Source: Fimbriimonadales bacterium
Lineage (GTDB): Bacteria > Armatimonadota > Fimbriimonadia > Fimbriimonadales > ATM1
Direction: 5' to 3'
Length of the DNA stretch: 64,000 nt
Assembly: GCA_041744215.1 (NCBI GenBank)
Contig: JBGTLG010000040.1
Span: forward strand, 1-64,000
Shown here: piece by piece, positions 20,455 to 30,818 of the stretch
How the letters are laid out: each line of letters opens with the position of its first letter
Numbering within the stretch: position 1 is the first letter of the stretch
Notes under the pieces: generated by a model
What the model saw: the letters and a program-made list of their open reading frames with translations, nothing else
Database searches by the model: none
What the model was told of the DNA's origin: nothing
Made by a program: the position numbers and the translations under genes

Positions 20455-22170
20455 TTACATTCTTTCGGGAGCGCTGACGCCGAGAAGCGAGAATGTTGCT
20501 CTCAGGCCGATCCTCGTCGCTTCACACAGCGTAAGGCGCGCTCGAGTTCGTTCAGGCTCTTCGGGAGAGATCACACGACACTTCTCATAGAAGTCGTGAT
20601 ATTGGCGTGCAAGCTCAGCTGCGTAGGTCGTCAGTCGATGCACTTGGCGTGATTCTGCCGCACGGCCGATCTCGAATTGGAGATCGCACACTTTTTTGAT
20701 CAAGTCTCTCTCTGGCTGCTCGAACACTGCTCCCGCAATTGGGCCAGCCACCAGCCCTTGTTCCTTTGCTTTCGCGATCAGGGAGCAGATGCGGGCGTGT
20801 GCATACTGAACATAATAGACAGGGTTCTGCTCGCTATGCTCTTTTGCAAGATCCAGATCGAAGTCCATGTGAGTATCGTGTGAACGCATAAGATAGAACC
20901 AGCGTGCCACGTCAACTCCAACGTCTTCCATCAAATCGCGCAATGGAATCGACTCGCCTGTTCGCTTTTGCATTCGCTGAACTTCTCCCCCTTTCAAGAA
21001 TCGAACGATCTGAATGATGATCGCCTCGAACCGTGAGCGGGCGTAGCCTAACGCCTCGATGGCTGCCCCGGTTCTTCCGATGTATCCGTGGTGATCCGCT
21101 CCCCAAACGTCGATAAGATGATCGAACCCGCGATCGAATTTGTCCTTGTGGTAGGCGATGTCGCTGGCGATGTATGTTGGTCTGCCGTCTTGTCGGATAA
21201 TCACGCGATCCTTATCGTCGCCGTAGCGAGTGCTTCGGAGCCACAATGCCCCGGGTTCCGATTCGTTTCTTACGACCTTGCGCTCCTTTGTGTCTGGGTC
21301 GATCCGCACTTCGTCGGAGTAAGGTTCTCTATCCGCTGCGCCGTTCTGCTCAAGAAACGCAATCGATGCGTCCACCTTGCCGTCAGTGTGCAGGGCTTGC
21401 TCGCTGAACCACGTATCGAATACAACTCCGAAGCGGGACAGATCATCTTTCTGCTGAGCGATCATCAAAGCCTGGCTTGCGTCCTGAAAGAACTTGACAT
21501 CCGCATCCGCTTTAGAGTCTGGGTAAGTTTCATGAAGGCGGGCCGCGACGAGGTCTACGTCCTCACCCCGGTAACCTTCCTCTGGAAACTCCGAGGGCAA
21601 ACCCAGTAGTTCTCGGTACTTTGCCGCGACGCTCAGAGCAAACAGCCGCATCTGTTCTGAGTTCACTCCGTCGTTCACGTAGAACTCTCTCGATACGCTG
21701 TTGCCAGCAGCCTCCAACACCCTCGCGAGCGTGTCGCCGTATGCCGCGCCTCGCCCATGACCCACATGAATCGATCCGTTCGGATTGACGCTAACGAATT
21801 CAACGTTGATTCGCTTACCGTGGTCATTGTCGCAGTACGCGAACGACTCGCCGCGCTCAACTATCTCCTCCACTTTCGATGAAAGGTACTGATTGACTAG
21901 GCGAACGTTGATAAATCCTGGCCCTGCGACGTCGACTGCAATGAAATCTCCGTCCTTTCTCAACTCAGTAGCCAGTAACTCGGCAATCTGTGGCGGTGGC
22001 TTAACTGCCAGCTTCGATGCTGTCAGTGCAAAGCTGGTTGCAAAGTCCCCGTGGTCGGGATTTCGGGGCTCGGTGATTTCAACGGGATAGTCCGCAACGG
22101 GCAGCGATTTGCTATCAATCAATGCGCGCACCGCGCTTTCCAACTTCCGTGTCAGTTCTGCGCGAATCAT
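20455..22170 (-). CDS. argS: Arginine--tRNA ligase
   Basis: AGPGFIN, EFVSVNPNGSIHVGHGR, WGADHHGY, NPVYYVQYAHAR, APERM. Confidence 0.97.
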   Translation of the reverse strand: MIRAELTRKLESAVRALIDSKSLPVADYPVEITEPRNPDHGDFATSFALTASKLAVKPPPQIAELLATELRKDGDFIAVDVAGPGFINVRLVNQYLSSKVEEIVERGESFAYCDNDHGKRINVEFVSVNPNGSIHVGHGRGAAYGDTLARVLEAAGNSVSREFYVNDGVNSEQMRLFALSVAAKYRELLGLPSEFPEEGYRGEDVDLVAARLHETYPDSKADADVKFFQDASQALMIAQQKDDLSRFGVVFDTWFSEQALHTDGKVDASIAFLEQNGAADREPYSDEVRIDPDTKERKVVRNESEPGALWLRSTRYGDDKDRVIIRQDGRPTYIASDIAYHKDKFDRGFDHLIDVWGADHHGYIGRTGAAIEALGYARSRFEAIIIQIVRFLKGGEVQRMQKRTGESIPLRDLMEDVGVDVARWFYLMRSHDTHMDFDLDLAKEHSEQNPVYYVQYAHARICSLIAKAKEQGLVAGPIAGAVFEQPERDLIKKVCDLQFEIGRAAESRQVHRLTTYAAELARQYHDFYEKCRVISPEEPERTRARLTLCEATRIGLRATFSLLGVSAPERM

Positions 22171-22178
22171 GTGGCGCT

Positions 22179-22198
22179 ATTCTACTCGCCGGTAGAAT
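22179..22198. promoter_or_regulatory. Back-to-back -10 boxes (bidirectional leaderless-type promoter) for argS and arginase
   Basis: ATTCTAC-tcgccg-GTAGAAT; TAGAAT 8 nt before argS ATG and 7 nt before arginase GTG. Confidence 0.6.
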
Positions 22199-22205
22199 GC
22201 CCGCC

Positions 22206-23195
22206 GTGGATACGAGACATCGAGTCACCTTGATAGGAGTCCCGTTCGGCCTTGGCGGCCGAACACTTGGGGCGCGGCTGGGCCCTGCCGCGATGCGAAT
22301 CGCGGAGATCCAGTCTCGACTGTCACTCGTCGCTGCCGACGTTCATGACGATGGCGACGTTGAGCCGCCTCTTGGGGCTGACGCGGGATCAAGAGGCGAC
22401 GGAATCGGCCACTTCGACAAAGTCTTTGCGAACCACGTTGCTGTTCGAGATCGAGTGAAGAGCGCCATTTCGCCTGGAAACTTGCCGCTCGTGATGGGTG
22501 GGGACCATAGTTTGGCTCTCGCGACGGTCGCTGCGGCGCTCGACCACTCGGGCGATGAACTCGGAGTGCTGTGGATCGATGCTCACGGGGACTACAACAC
22601 CCCGGACACTTCGCCCAGCCTCAATCTACACGGAATGCCCCTCGCGCTTCTTTGCGGTTTCGAATGTCAACCGATGTCTGGCCCCGCTCCGCACCAATGG
22701 GAGCAATTGCGTAACGAGTTTGTCCCTACGCGAAGACTCAATCCGGAGCACATTGTTTGGCTTGGACTACGAGATCCCGACCCCGGAGAGACTGACCGAA
22801 TCCTGCGACACGATCCGCGACGCGCGATTACGATGACAGAGATCGACTTGTATGGCCTGCCCCGAATGCTAGAACATTCACTCTCTCTTCTGGAGAGAAA
22901 CGGAGTTAAGAAACTGTGGGTTAGCTTTGATGTGGATGTTCTCGATCCTTTCATTGCGCCAGGTACCGGCACCGATGTTTCCGGCGGCTTTACCTACCGC
23001 GAAGCCCACCTGCTCGCGGAGCTGCTGCACTCCCACCTCAAAGACCCGGCCTGCCCGTTCGACCTCGTCGGGTGCGAGATCGTCGAAGTGAATCCCGTAC
23101 TCGATCGCGTAAACGAAACTGCGAAGATGGGTGTTGAGTGGGCAACTTCGCTATTGGGGAAGAGAGTGATGCCTCCGTGGCCGGAAGAGCATTGA
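22206..23195 (+). CDS. rocF: Arginase
   Basis: GGDHS, WIDAHGD, SLNLHGMP, SFDVDVLDP, EVNP; start GTG 22206 or ATG 22197. Confidence 0.88.
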   Translation: MDTRHRVTLIGVPFGLGGRTLGARLGPAAMRIAEIQSRLSLVAADVHDDGDVEPPLGADAGSRGDGIGHFDKVFANHVAVRDRVKSAISPGNLPLVMGGDHSLALATVAAALDHSGDELGVLWIDAHGDYNTPDTSPSLNLHGMPLALLCGFECQPMSGPAPHQWEQLRNEFVPTRRLNPEHIVWLGLRDPDPGETDRILRHDPRRAITMTEIDLYGLPRMLEHSLSLLERNGVKKLWVSFDVDVLDPFIAPGTGTDVSGGFTYREAHLLAELLHSHLKDPACPFDLVGCEIVEVNPVLDRVNETAKMGVEWATSLLGKRVMPPWPEEH

Positions 23196-24555
23196 CGTTC
23201 GTATACTTTCGCCACAAAAACCACAGCACAACCAGCTCGACTGCCATCGCGATCGTGAGGCAGATCGCTGCCGAATCAACGTTGATCCTTCCTTCTGCGA
23301 CTACGACCCGAATCGAAATGAGCGTGGCGAGGACGTAAACGGCCATCGATGTCGTCATTGCCTTTGTCTGCCGATACTTCGCGAGCATCCCCCGGTAGAA
23401 CGACTGTAGACCTCCCAGTAGCGGGATCAACACTGACCATCGCATGGCGCCGACAGCAAGCGACGAAACTTCCTCGTCGATGTGCAAGACTTCGTGAAGC
23501 AACATGTACGCGAGTGGCGTGAACGAAAAAATCGACACTATTACTGAACTGTACGCTCCAACTTTAAAGCAAAACAGCAGTAGCGCGCGCGCGGTGGCTG
23601 CCGTGCGCTGGAGAGCGATTACAATCTCGGGAAGCGCCATTCCTGGGGCGCGAAACAAGAACATCGTGTTTCCAGCAGGCTCCCATGCCGCCAATGAGAG
23701 CGTTGGGTTCCCGCTCCGTGCCAGTCCCCATGTGATGATCGGTCGCCCGAGCAACCAAAGCATCGTCGACATAGTAAGTGGCAGGTGAAAGCGATTCAAC
23801 TCTCGTAGCGTGAGTGGTTGCTGATCCTCATTCGCAGAATCAACGGCGAACTCTTGCCGAATCAATCCACGGGCCAGCAGGTGCGTAAAAAGCGATTCAA
23901 GAATCACGCTTCCCAGAATTGCCATTGCCGCGACCCATGCGCCTGACATTGAGCCCTCAACATATAGGGCGTATCCGATTCCCGCAACGGCAACGACTCG
24001 AATGATCGTCCCGATTCCAACCGTAAAGGTCCTGCCATAACGGATCAAGATCCCTTGCGTGTATCGACGCCACCCGATAAAGCCGCTCCACGGGATCATG
24101 ATGATGAGCGCAGGCCGTGCGGCGGCAGCCACATCCTCCGGGACGCCCAAGATGCCGAGAACAAGGAGGTCGTAGATTGGTGTAAGAGCTACAACGGCGC
24201 CAACGATTGTCACTAGCGCAATCAACCCAATCACGTATGCGCGCAAGACGAGATAGTTTTGACGGTTACCGGCCAGGGCGGTGGCCGTTGACAACAATCC
24301 GATCACGGGCGATTCAATCCAGAAAGCGATGACGAACATGACTCCAATCGCGGCGAAGTTCACCTGAGCGTTTGGAAGCAACGCGATGAAGATCGCGACG
24401 ATTGGGGACTCGAGCGACATCAAGACCCACGATGATGCGAGTGGCAAAAAGAACTTGAAGATGCGGCGACCAGTAAGCTCTGATGAGTCGATTGAGCGCG
24501 CAACCGCGCCACTTTCGGGAGATTGTTCTAATGAGTTGGTGTCAGAGTGTGGCAA
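23038..24555 (-). CDS. MATE-like/flippase-type membrane transporter
   Basis: ~12 TM helices with two-fold repeat (FFLPLASS / FHLPLTMS); 3' end overlaps arginase. Confidence 0.75.
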   Translation of the reverse strand: MPHSDTNSLEQSPESGAVARSIDSSELTGRRIFKFFLPLASSWVLMSLESPIVAIFIALLPNAQVNFAAIGVMFVIAFWIESPVIGLLSTATALAGNRQNYLVLRAYVIGLIALVTIVGAVVALTPIYDLLVLGILGVPEDVAAAARPALIIMIPWSGFIGWRRYTQGILIRYGRTFTVGIGTIIRVVAVAGIGYALYVEGSMSGAWVAAMAILGSVILESLFTHLLARGLIRQEFAVDSANEDQQPLTLRELNRFHLPLTMSTMLWLLGRPIITWGLARSGNPTLSLAAWEPAGNTMFLFRAPGMALPEIVIALQRTAATARALLLFCFKVGAYSSVIVSIFSFTPLAYMLLHEVLHIDEEVSSLAVGAMRWSVLIPLLGGLQSFYRGMLAKYRQTKAMTTSMAVYVLATLISIRVVVAEGRINVDSAAICLTIAMAVELVVLWFLWRKYTNVNALPATEASLSSPIAKLPTQHPSSQFRLRDRVRDSLRRSRTRRGRTGRPGL

Positions 24556-24611
24556 TCCAAAGGATGAGCATACCTTGTGATAGATTGCCTTACTTCCGAG
24601 GCTTGTGCAAG

Positions 24612-26129
24612 CTAAGGCAGGACAATCGCTGTTGGGTGCGTGTTGTTGTATGGGTCGTTCGTGATGTTCGTGCCGCCGGTGCCGTCTGCCTTGACGAACC
24701 AGATATCGAAGAATCCTGACCCGAGGTCTTTGGCGAACACGATGCCGAGCCCATCACTGGTCCAAGACGGATCGTCTTCAGCTCCTGCAAGCGCGAGGAG
24801 CCGAGTTTGGCTCGAGCCGTTCGCATTCATTGTGTAAAGGTCTCCGCCAGTTACGCGATAGCTCACGAACACGATTTTCGATCCATCAGGGCTGAAAGCG
24901 GGCGCGAGATCATCCACGCCATTGCTCGTCAGCTGCGTCTTCCCGGAACCGTCGGCATTCATAACCCAAATCTCGTAATCGCCACCGGAGTCACTTTCGT
25001 AAGCGATCTTGCTTCCGTCAGGGCTCCAGCTGGGGCGAGAGTGATTGGCGTTGGCAGAGGTGATTTGAACCTGGCCCGTGCCGTTCGCGTTCATTGTGAA
25101 TATCTGCCAGAAGCCGTTAAGAAGTCGGGCGAACGCGATCTTCTGACCATTTGGACTAAACACTGGGTCAGCGTCAAAAACGTCGTTGGTCGTGAGCCTA
25201 GTCGCAGCCCCTCCGGAGGCGGGCATCACATAGATCTCGTCGCTCAAGATCACGTCCTTATCGCTCGCAAAGACGATCTGGGTCCCGTCAGGACTAAGGC
25301 TCGGCGCGCGAAAGAGCGCATGCTCGGTGGTGAGCCTCGACAGCCCTGTCCCATCCGAATTGACTGTGTATATTGCGTTGATTCCTTCGGATCCGATATC
25401 GTCTCGATCAGAGAGAAACACGATTCGATAAACGGCCGGAGGCGGCGGAGGTGGGTTCACCGTAACGTTGGCTTGCTGCAGAATGCCTGCGCCTGTTTCC
25501 GCAACTTGCACGGTCGTCGTACCCGCCGAAAGGCCAGTGAACAACCCTGACGTCGTCACGCTTCCGTGCGCCTGGCCGGCTACTGCGCTCCATACAAGTA
25601 CGCCAGCCGGAAGCAGGATAGTTTGGTTTTGGGCGTTCCGCGCTATTGCGTTGAGTTGCAGCTGACTTCCTGCCTGCACACTGAGCGGTTGTCCCTGGAT
25701 GACGATATGATCGATAGTCGAAGTCAGGTCTGCGCTAATGTTGACGTTTGTGACCTCGCCTTCTGTCACCTCCACAGCGACGGTCGCTGTCGCAACCTTC
25801 GAGCCAGAGCCGTTCGCATTCGTGTAAGCATCGACAGTAAGGGAGCTTGTCCCGATCGCGATGCTTTGCGCAAACATAGCAACACCCTGGTAAGCGTCGC
25901 TTCCAGATCGGTTGATTGTGAGCGAGTACTGACGATTGTTCGGAGTCGTGATACGCGCGACGATGCTGTTTGCGTAGGTCGGAACATACCGACCACGGCT
26001 CGGCCAGTCGATTTGAACCTGAACGCTTCCAGAGGCGGGTGGAGGCCCACCAGTCGACCCGCCGCCGCCGCACCCTAGCGCAGCGATAGCGAGCAATACC
26101 GGAAGTAAGATGCGAGAAATCGCTGACAT
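24612..26129 (-). CDS. Lipoprotein with Ig-like domains and TolB-like PD40 beta-propeller
   Basis: Lipobox ALGC + GGGG; repeated P.(W/F)SPDG.KI.F. Confidence 0.88.
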   Translation of the reverse strand: MSAISRILLPVLLAIAALGCGGGGSTGGPPPASGSVQVQIDWPSRGRYVPTYANSIVARITTPNNRQYSLTINRSGSDAYQGVAMFAQSIAIGTSSLTVDAYTNANGSGSKVATATVAVEVTEGEVTNVNISADLTSTIDHIVIQGQPLSVQAGSQLQLNAIARNAQNQTILLPAGVLVWSAVAGQAHGSVTTSGLFTGLSAGTTTVQVAETGAGILQQANVTVNPPPPPPAVYRIVFLSDRDDIGSEGINAIYTVNSDGTGLSRLTTEHALFRAPSLSPDGTQIVFASDKDVILSDEIYVMPASGGAATRLTTNDVFDADPVFSPNGQKIAFARLLNGFWQIFTMNANGTGQVQITSANANHSRPSWSPDGSKIAYESDSGGDYEIWVMNADGSGKTQLTSNGVDDLAPAFSPDGSKIVFVSYRVTGGDLYTMNANGSSQTRLLALAGAEDDPSWTSDGLGIVFAKDLGSGFFDIWFVKADGTGGTNITNDPYNNTHPTAIVLP

Positions 26130-26138
26130 CCACCAGGT

Positions 26139-26146
26139 TTATCGGC
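26139..26146 (-). promoter_or_regulatory. Sigma28 (FliA)-like -10 element
   Basis: Perfect GCCGATAA 9 nt upstream of ATG 26129; -35 unclear. Confidence 0.45.
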
Positions 26147-26201
26147 AAAAGTGCCAGTTTCAAGAGGTGCGGGGAACGCGGGGATGGAGTAACTTAGAGG
26201 G

Positions 26202-26894
26202 ATGAAGCGCATTTTCGCGGTCGCGCTGCTAATCGCGTTGTTCGCGGCCTGTGCGAAGTTCCCCACTGGGCCGGTGCCTGGCGCCGGGAAGCGCATTGAG
26301 TTCTTCGTGCGGTTCAACGGACCGGTCAATCCGAACTACGTCTACATCGTTGCCATTAGGGATGGGGACGATCTCACAGGTGCCCAAGGCGGCCCGCTGC
26401 CCATCATTCGCCCGCCGTGGGGGAACGGATTCTGCGCGCCCAAGGCGACCCACTTCGTCCGGTACGACGGTTTCCAGGGCGGCGGAGGATATACGCTCAG
26501 CAAGTTCATTGACTTGGAAAACCTCCTTACCTGGGTGCAGGTCGGTATTCCGGTCACGTTCTTCACCCCTGGCCCAGATGACGATTACATTGAATTCGCG
26601 ATCAGTTTGAGCCAACTCCGGCAGCCACCCGCGAACCCGGACGACATCAGAGCGCTCCAAATCAACATTCTCACGATGAATCGAGTCATAACGGACCCCA
26701 ACGATCCAGGGCCAAAGATATGGGATGCTCTCGGGGACTCGAACGACCCTTTAGCAATAGACAGCTACATCACTATTGAAACGACGGTTGATCGCACCTA
26801 TAGAAACTCCGACACCAACTTGGAGCCGCAGGGAGACTGTATCGACCCGCGACTCGACATCGAGGACTGGACAATACGCGTTCGATCGCAATAA
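26202..26894 (+). CDS. Hypothetical lipoprotein
   Basis: Lipobox FAAC; TAACTT 6 nt before ATG. Confidence 0.75.
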   Translation: MKRIFAVALLIALFAACAKFPTGPVPGAGKRIEFFVRFNGPVNPNYVYIVAIRDGDDLTGAQGGPLPIIRPPWGNGFCAPKATHFVRYDGFQGGGGYTLSKFIDLENLLTWVQVGIPVTFFTPGPDDDYIEFAISLSQLRQPPANPDDIRALQINILTMNRVITDPNDPGPKIWDALGDSNDPLAIDSYITIETTVDRTYRNSDTNLEPQGDCIDPRLDIEDWTIRVRSQ

Positions 26895-26899
26895 CACAG

Positions 26900-27814
26900 T
26901 TGAAAGTAAGCGTCCTCATCACCAGCTACAACCACGGTCGTTGGATCGCGGAGTGTGTGGAGTCCGCTCTAAACCAGACGTACGGTGACCGCGAGGTGAT
27001 TGTCGTGGATGACGGCAGCAGCGACGACTCGATCCAGATCCTCGACGGCTATGGAGATCGGATCCGACTCTTCGTCAACGACCCCAACATCGGAACTTAT
27101 CCAACACTCAATCGCGCCTTGACACTTGCGTCGGGCGAGTATGTAGCGGTGCTGAACAGCGACGATGCGTGGTTGCCGCAGAAGCTTGAGAAACAGGTCG
27201 CGCTGATGGACTCGAACCCGCAGATGACGTTCTGTCACACGTCTGGCTGGTTTATCGACGCAGACGGCAGCGAACTATCGGGCGCACCAATGGGCTTCCC
27301 GTTTCCCAGAACCGACCAGGGGAACATTCTGCACACGTTCGTTGCGAACAACTCCGCGATCGCAAGTTCTGTGTTGATGCGAGCTTCTGCCTCAAACCAG
27401 GTGGGCGGCTTCGATGGCAACTTTCGAAACCTTGGTGACTGGGACATGTGGCTGGGGCTGGCAGAGTTGGGGGAAGTTGGCTTCTTGGACGATAAGTTGA
27501 CCAAGTATCGCATCCATGGTTCCAACACGATTTACTCGACGGCCACGACACGCGAGGAAGAGCTCGTAATCCGAACGAAGCACCGGGCGAGAGAGCGAGA
27601 GCTCTTGGCAAAGGCTTCGAATCGCCCAGCCATGAGGCGTGCTCTTTCGCATAGCCTCGCCTGTCTGGGATCGCTTTACTCGATTAGAGGCGATGCACGC
27701 GAAGCGCGAGTTTGCTTCGTTGAATCGGTCCGGCTGAACCCTCGTCGAGCAAAGTCTGTACTTCGCTACCTCTTGACTTACGCTCCACTCTCAGTAAGGA
27801 AGCGCCTGCTCTGA
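26900..27814 (+). CDS. Glycosyltransferase family 2
   Basis: VSVLITSYN, VVDDGSSD, LNSDDAW, DWDMW. Confidence 0.9.
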   Translation: MKVSVLITSYNHGRWIAECVESALNQTYGDREVIVVDDGSSDDSIQILDGYGDRIRLFVNDPNIGTYPTLNRALTLASGEYVAVLNSDDAWLPQKLEKQVALMDSNPQMTFCHTSGWFIDADGSELSGAPMGFPFPRTDQGNILHTFVANNSAIASSVLMRASASNQVGGFDGNFRNLGDWDMWLGLAELGEVGFLDDKLTKYRIHGSNTIYSTATTREEELVIRTKHRARERELLAKASNRPAMRRALSHSLACLGSLYSIRGDAREARVCFVESVRLNPRRAKSVLRYLLTYAPLSVRKRLL

Positions 27815-27816
27815 CC

Positions 27817-28551
27817 TTAGCCTTCGATGATTCTACGGGGCAAGTCTTGCGCGGGCTTGGCATCGCTGGGGATGTTTGGCTTAAACTCAAACTCGAACGG
27901 AGTAGTCGGATAAGTCAATCGCACGTCCATGGACGATTCGCGGAGCGTGCGATCCGGCTGTTCGAATCGCTCTGAAATCTGCAGCCGATCGAGCGGCTGC
28001 AACGACGTGAAGTACCAATTGAGATAAGTACCGCGCCACTCGCCACCTCTCCAAGTGAGCTGGCGAATCTCTGCGCCATACGCATTGCGCTCACCCTCAG
28101 GCTTTGTCAACCACTTGAAGTTGTTAGGAATGAGCAATCGCAAGGGTCGCTGGGCATCCTGCCTAATCCACGCAACAGCGCTTGATATCGCATCGGCAGC
28201 GCCACCACCGCTCTGAGGAATGAAAGAGTACTCCTTCATGGTGTGGTCATAGCGCCAAACCCGCCGACCGTCCGCAACTACCGTGTGCCGAAGAGTGCCA
28301 TCAACGTACGATTCAACGTACAGCCGATCAGGTAGCGTTTCGGGCTCAGTACGCTTCTCCCTCCATATTCTCGTCTCTAACTGGGTGGTGGTGGAACCGG
28401 CGCGCACCCACCCAACAGCCTGAATCTGGACGCGAACTGAGGCCTGAGTCGCTCCGAGTGACAGACCGATCTCTGTGTAGGCCTCCTCCAATGGATCTTG
28501 GCTAAAGGCGGTCGAGGCCATCAATGAGGCGGCAAGAAATAGGAAACGCAC
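27817..28551 (-). CDS. Secreted protein, possibly LolA-like fold
   Basis: Signal peptide AFS-QD; VVADGRRVWRYD...EY pattern. Confidence 0.55.
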   Translation of the reverse strand: MRFLFLAASLMASTAFSQDPLEEAYTEIGLSLGATQASVRVQIQAVGWVRAGSTTTQLETRIWREKRTEPETLPDRLYVESYVDGTLRHTVVADGRRVWRYDHTMKEYSFIPQSGGGAADAISSAVAWIRQDAQRPLRLLIPNNFKWLTKPEGERNAYGAEIRQLTWRGGEWRGTYLNWYFTSLQPLDRLQISERFEQPDRTLRESSMDVRLTYPTTPFEFEFKPNIPSDAKPAQDLPRRIIEG

Positions 28552-28671
28552 ACGACTTAGACCCCTTCACCCGCCACGAATGTTTCCGAAAATCGGCAGG
28601 AAAACTCCTGCGGTGGCCGGAACCGGCGCGGTATAATCTGTGCCCCCAAGGATGGGTCATAGGAGTCAAAA

Positions 28672-29811
28672 TTGAATTCCAAACGGTCGGTGGTCGCCCA
28701 GGCCGGAGATAAGGGTGCCGACACAGAGCAACGCCCCCTGCGGGCGCGTGACGGACTCGCTGAGCAAGACCACCTCGAGATTCTGAAACAGCTTTACCTT
28801 GCCCGCTATTTCGACGTACGCCTGATCAAGGAAAAGCGCCGCGGCAGATTGCGCGGCACCCTTTACTCCTCTCACAACCAAGAAGCAATCCTCGTGGGGA
28901 CGCTCTACGGCTTGCGCCCTGAGGACTGGATCTCGCCAATCCACAGAGATATGCCGGCCTTCTTCCTCAAGGACATGCGTGGCAACTGGGGAAGCGATGA
29001 GCGGATGGGTATGTCAATTGGCGAGGTTTGCGCGCAGGTGTGGGGCCGCGCCACTGCTCCCGGCCGCGCACGCGACAACTGGTCGCACATTGGCGACGCC
29101 AAAAAAGGAATCATCTGCTCCACAAGCATGCTCGCGGGGACGATACCGGTCGCCGCAGGGGTCGCGTACGACGCGAAGCTCAAGGGCGAAGACACGGTTG
29201 TGCTCACCTACAACGGGGAAGGTTCGACGGCGCAAGGAATCTTCCACGAAGCCATAAACTTTGCCGCGATACACAAACTCGCCGTCATCACAATCATCGA
29301 GAACAACCAGTGGGCATACGGCACTCCACTCGAACTCGGCAGCCCCGTCAAGGACGTTGCGGACCGAGCCAAGGGCTTTGACATCCCGGGCCTGATCGCG
29401 GATGGACAAGACGTTCTCGACGTAATGGACAAAACGATGTGGGCGGTTGAGCGCGCGCGATCAGGCAAAGGACCAAGCCTCGTCGAGTGCAAGACGTTTC
29501 GCGCTTACGGCCACGGCGACCACGACGATGATCGTGCGGCGAAGTATCGCCGCGCGGAAGAGGTGGAAGCTGGGCGGAGCCGCGACCCAATCGCAGTATT
29601 CAAGAAGTATCTCGTCGAAAAGGGCATCCTCACTAAAGCCGAAGCCAAGAAGTACAGCCCGGAAGGAAAGCACGCGAACGAAACCACCGACGAGGACTTT
29701 CCACCAGAAGTAGTCGAGGTCCTCAAGAAGGGTGTTGAGTTTGCGCTCGATTCGCCGCTTCCGGACGCGAGCGAAGCAACCAAGTGGGTCTTCGCGGAGC
29801 CAAGATCATGA
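28672..29811 (+). CDS. 2-oxoacid dehydrogenase E1 alpha (branched-chain type likely)
   Basis: TPP motif GEGSTAQG...ENNQWA, GHGDHDD; RBS AGGAG; TATAAT upstream. Confidence 0.9.
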   Translation: MNSKRSVVAQAGDKGADTEQRPLRARDGLAEQDHLEILKQLYLARYFDVRLIKEKRRGRLRGTLYSSHNQEAILVGTLYGLRPEDWISPIHRDMPAFFLKDMRGNWGSDERMGMSIGEVCAQVWGRATAPGRARDNWSHIGDAKKGIICSTSMLAGTIPVAAGVAYDAKLKGEDTVVLTYNGEGSTAQGIFHEAINFAAIHKLAVITIIENNQWAYGTPLELGSPVKDVADRAKGFDIPGLIADGQDVLDVMDKTMWAVERARSGKGPSLVECKTFRAYGHGDHDDDRAAKYRRAEEVEAGRSRDPIAVFKKYLVEKGILTKAEAKKYSPEGKHANETTDEDFPPEVVEVLKKGVEFALDSPLPDASEATKWVFAEPRS

Positions 29812-30818
29812 GCGCCATGGTCGCAGAGGCGACGCAAGCGGTCAACATGCTCACTGCTATCAAGCAGGCGCTCTTTGAGGAGATGGAGCGCGAGCCCGGA
29901 ATGGTCTGCATCGGCGAGGACATCGGAATTCTCGGCGGGGCGTTCGGTGTAACCGAAGGGCTGCAGGACAGCTACGGCGCGGAGCGCGTTATCGACGCGC
30001 CGATCTCTGAAGCGCTCATTGTCGGCGCGGCCATCGGCTTGGCGATGAGGGGACGCCCAGTCATGGCGGAAATGCAGTTCATCGATTTCATCTCCTGCGG
30101 GTTCGATCAGATTGTCAACAACGCAGCAACCATGCACTACCGAACAGCCGGCAAAGTCGCCCTTCCGATCGTCATCAGGGGGCCAAGCGGAGGTTATGGC
30201 GGCGGCGGACCCTATCACAGCCAGCAGAACGAATCCTGGTTTGCGCACTCCCCCGGACTCCGAGTTGTGTGCCCAAGCACGCCCGCAGACGCATACGGCT
30301 TGCTCAAAACCGCACTGCGCGATAACAACCCGACGATCTTTTACGAAGTCAAGGAACTCTACCGAAAGCGCGACATCGAAGAACAGATCCCAAGTGGTGA
30401 CTACACCGTTCCGTTCGGCAAGGCCCGTATCGCCAGGCAGGGAACCGACATCACCCTCCTCAGCTACGGCAACCCTGTTTACTTCTGCCTGGAAGCTGCA
30501 GACCGACTCGCCGAAGACGGAATCGAAGCCGAGGTGATTGACCTCAGGACACTCGTACCACTCGACGACGACGCCATCCTCGAATCCATCAAGAAAACGA
30601 ACCGAGTCCTTGCCGTCAATGAGGCACCGCGCACGTGCGGATTCGCTGGCGAACTGATCGCGCGAATCAACGAATACGCTTTCGAGTACCTCGACGCTCC
30701 GCCCGTCCGCGTCACAAGAACGGACACCCCTGTGCCCTGGGTCAAGCCTCTCGAACTCGCAGTCCTGCCGAGCGTTGACGACATTTACGAAGCCGCTAAG
30801 CGAACGGTGAACTTCTAA
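29808..30818 (+). CDS. 2-oxoacid dehydrogenase E1 beta
   Basis: GEDIG..GGAF, DAPISE, AEMQFIDF, YHSQ, DLRTLVPLD. Confidence 0.93.
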   Translation: MSAMVAEATQAVNMLTAIKQALFEEMEREPGMVCIGEDIGILGGAFGVTEGLQDSYGAERVIDAPISEALIVGAAIGLAMRGRPVMAEMQFIDFISCGFDQIVNNAATMHYRTAGKVALPIVIRGPSGGYGGGGPYHSQQNESWFAHSPGLRVVCPSTPADAYGLLKTALRDNNPTIFYEVKELYRKRDIEEQIPSGDYTVPFGKARIARQGTDITLLSYGNPVYFCLEAADRLAEDGIEAEVIDLRTLVPLDDDAILESIKKTNRVLAVNEAPRTCGFAGELIARINEYAFEYLDAPPVRVTRTDTPVPWVKPLELAVLPSVDDIYEAAKRTVNF

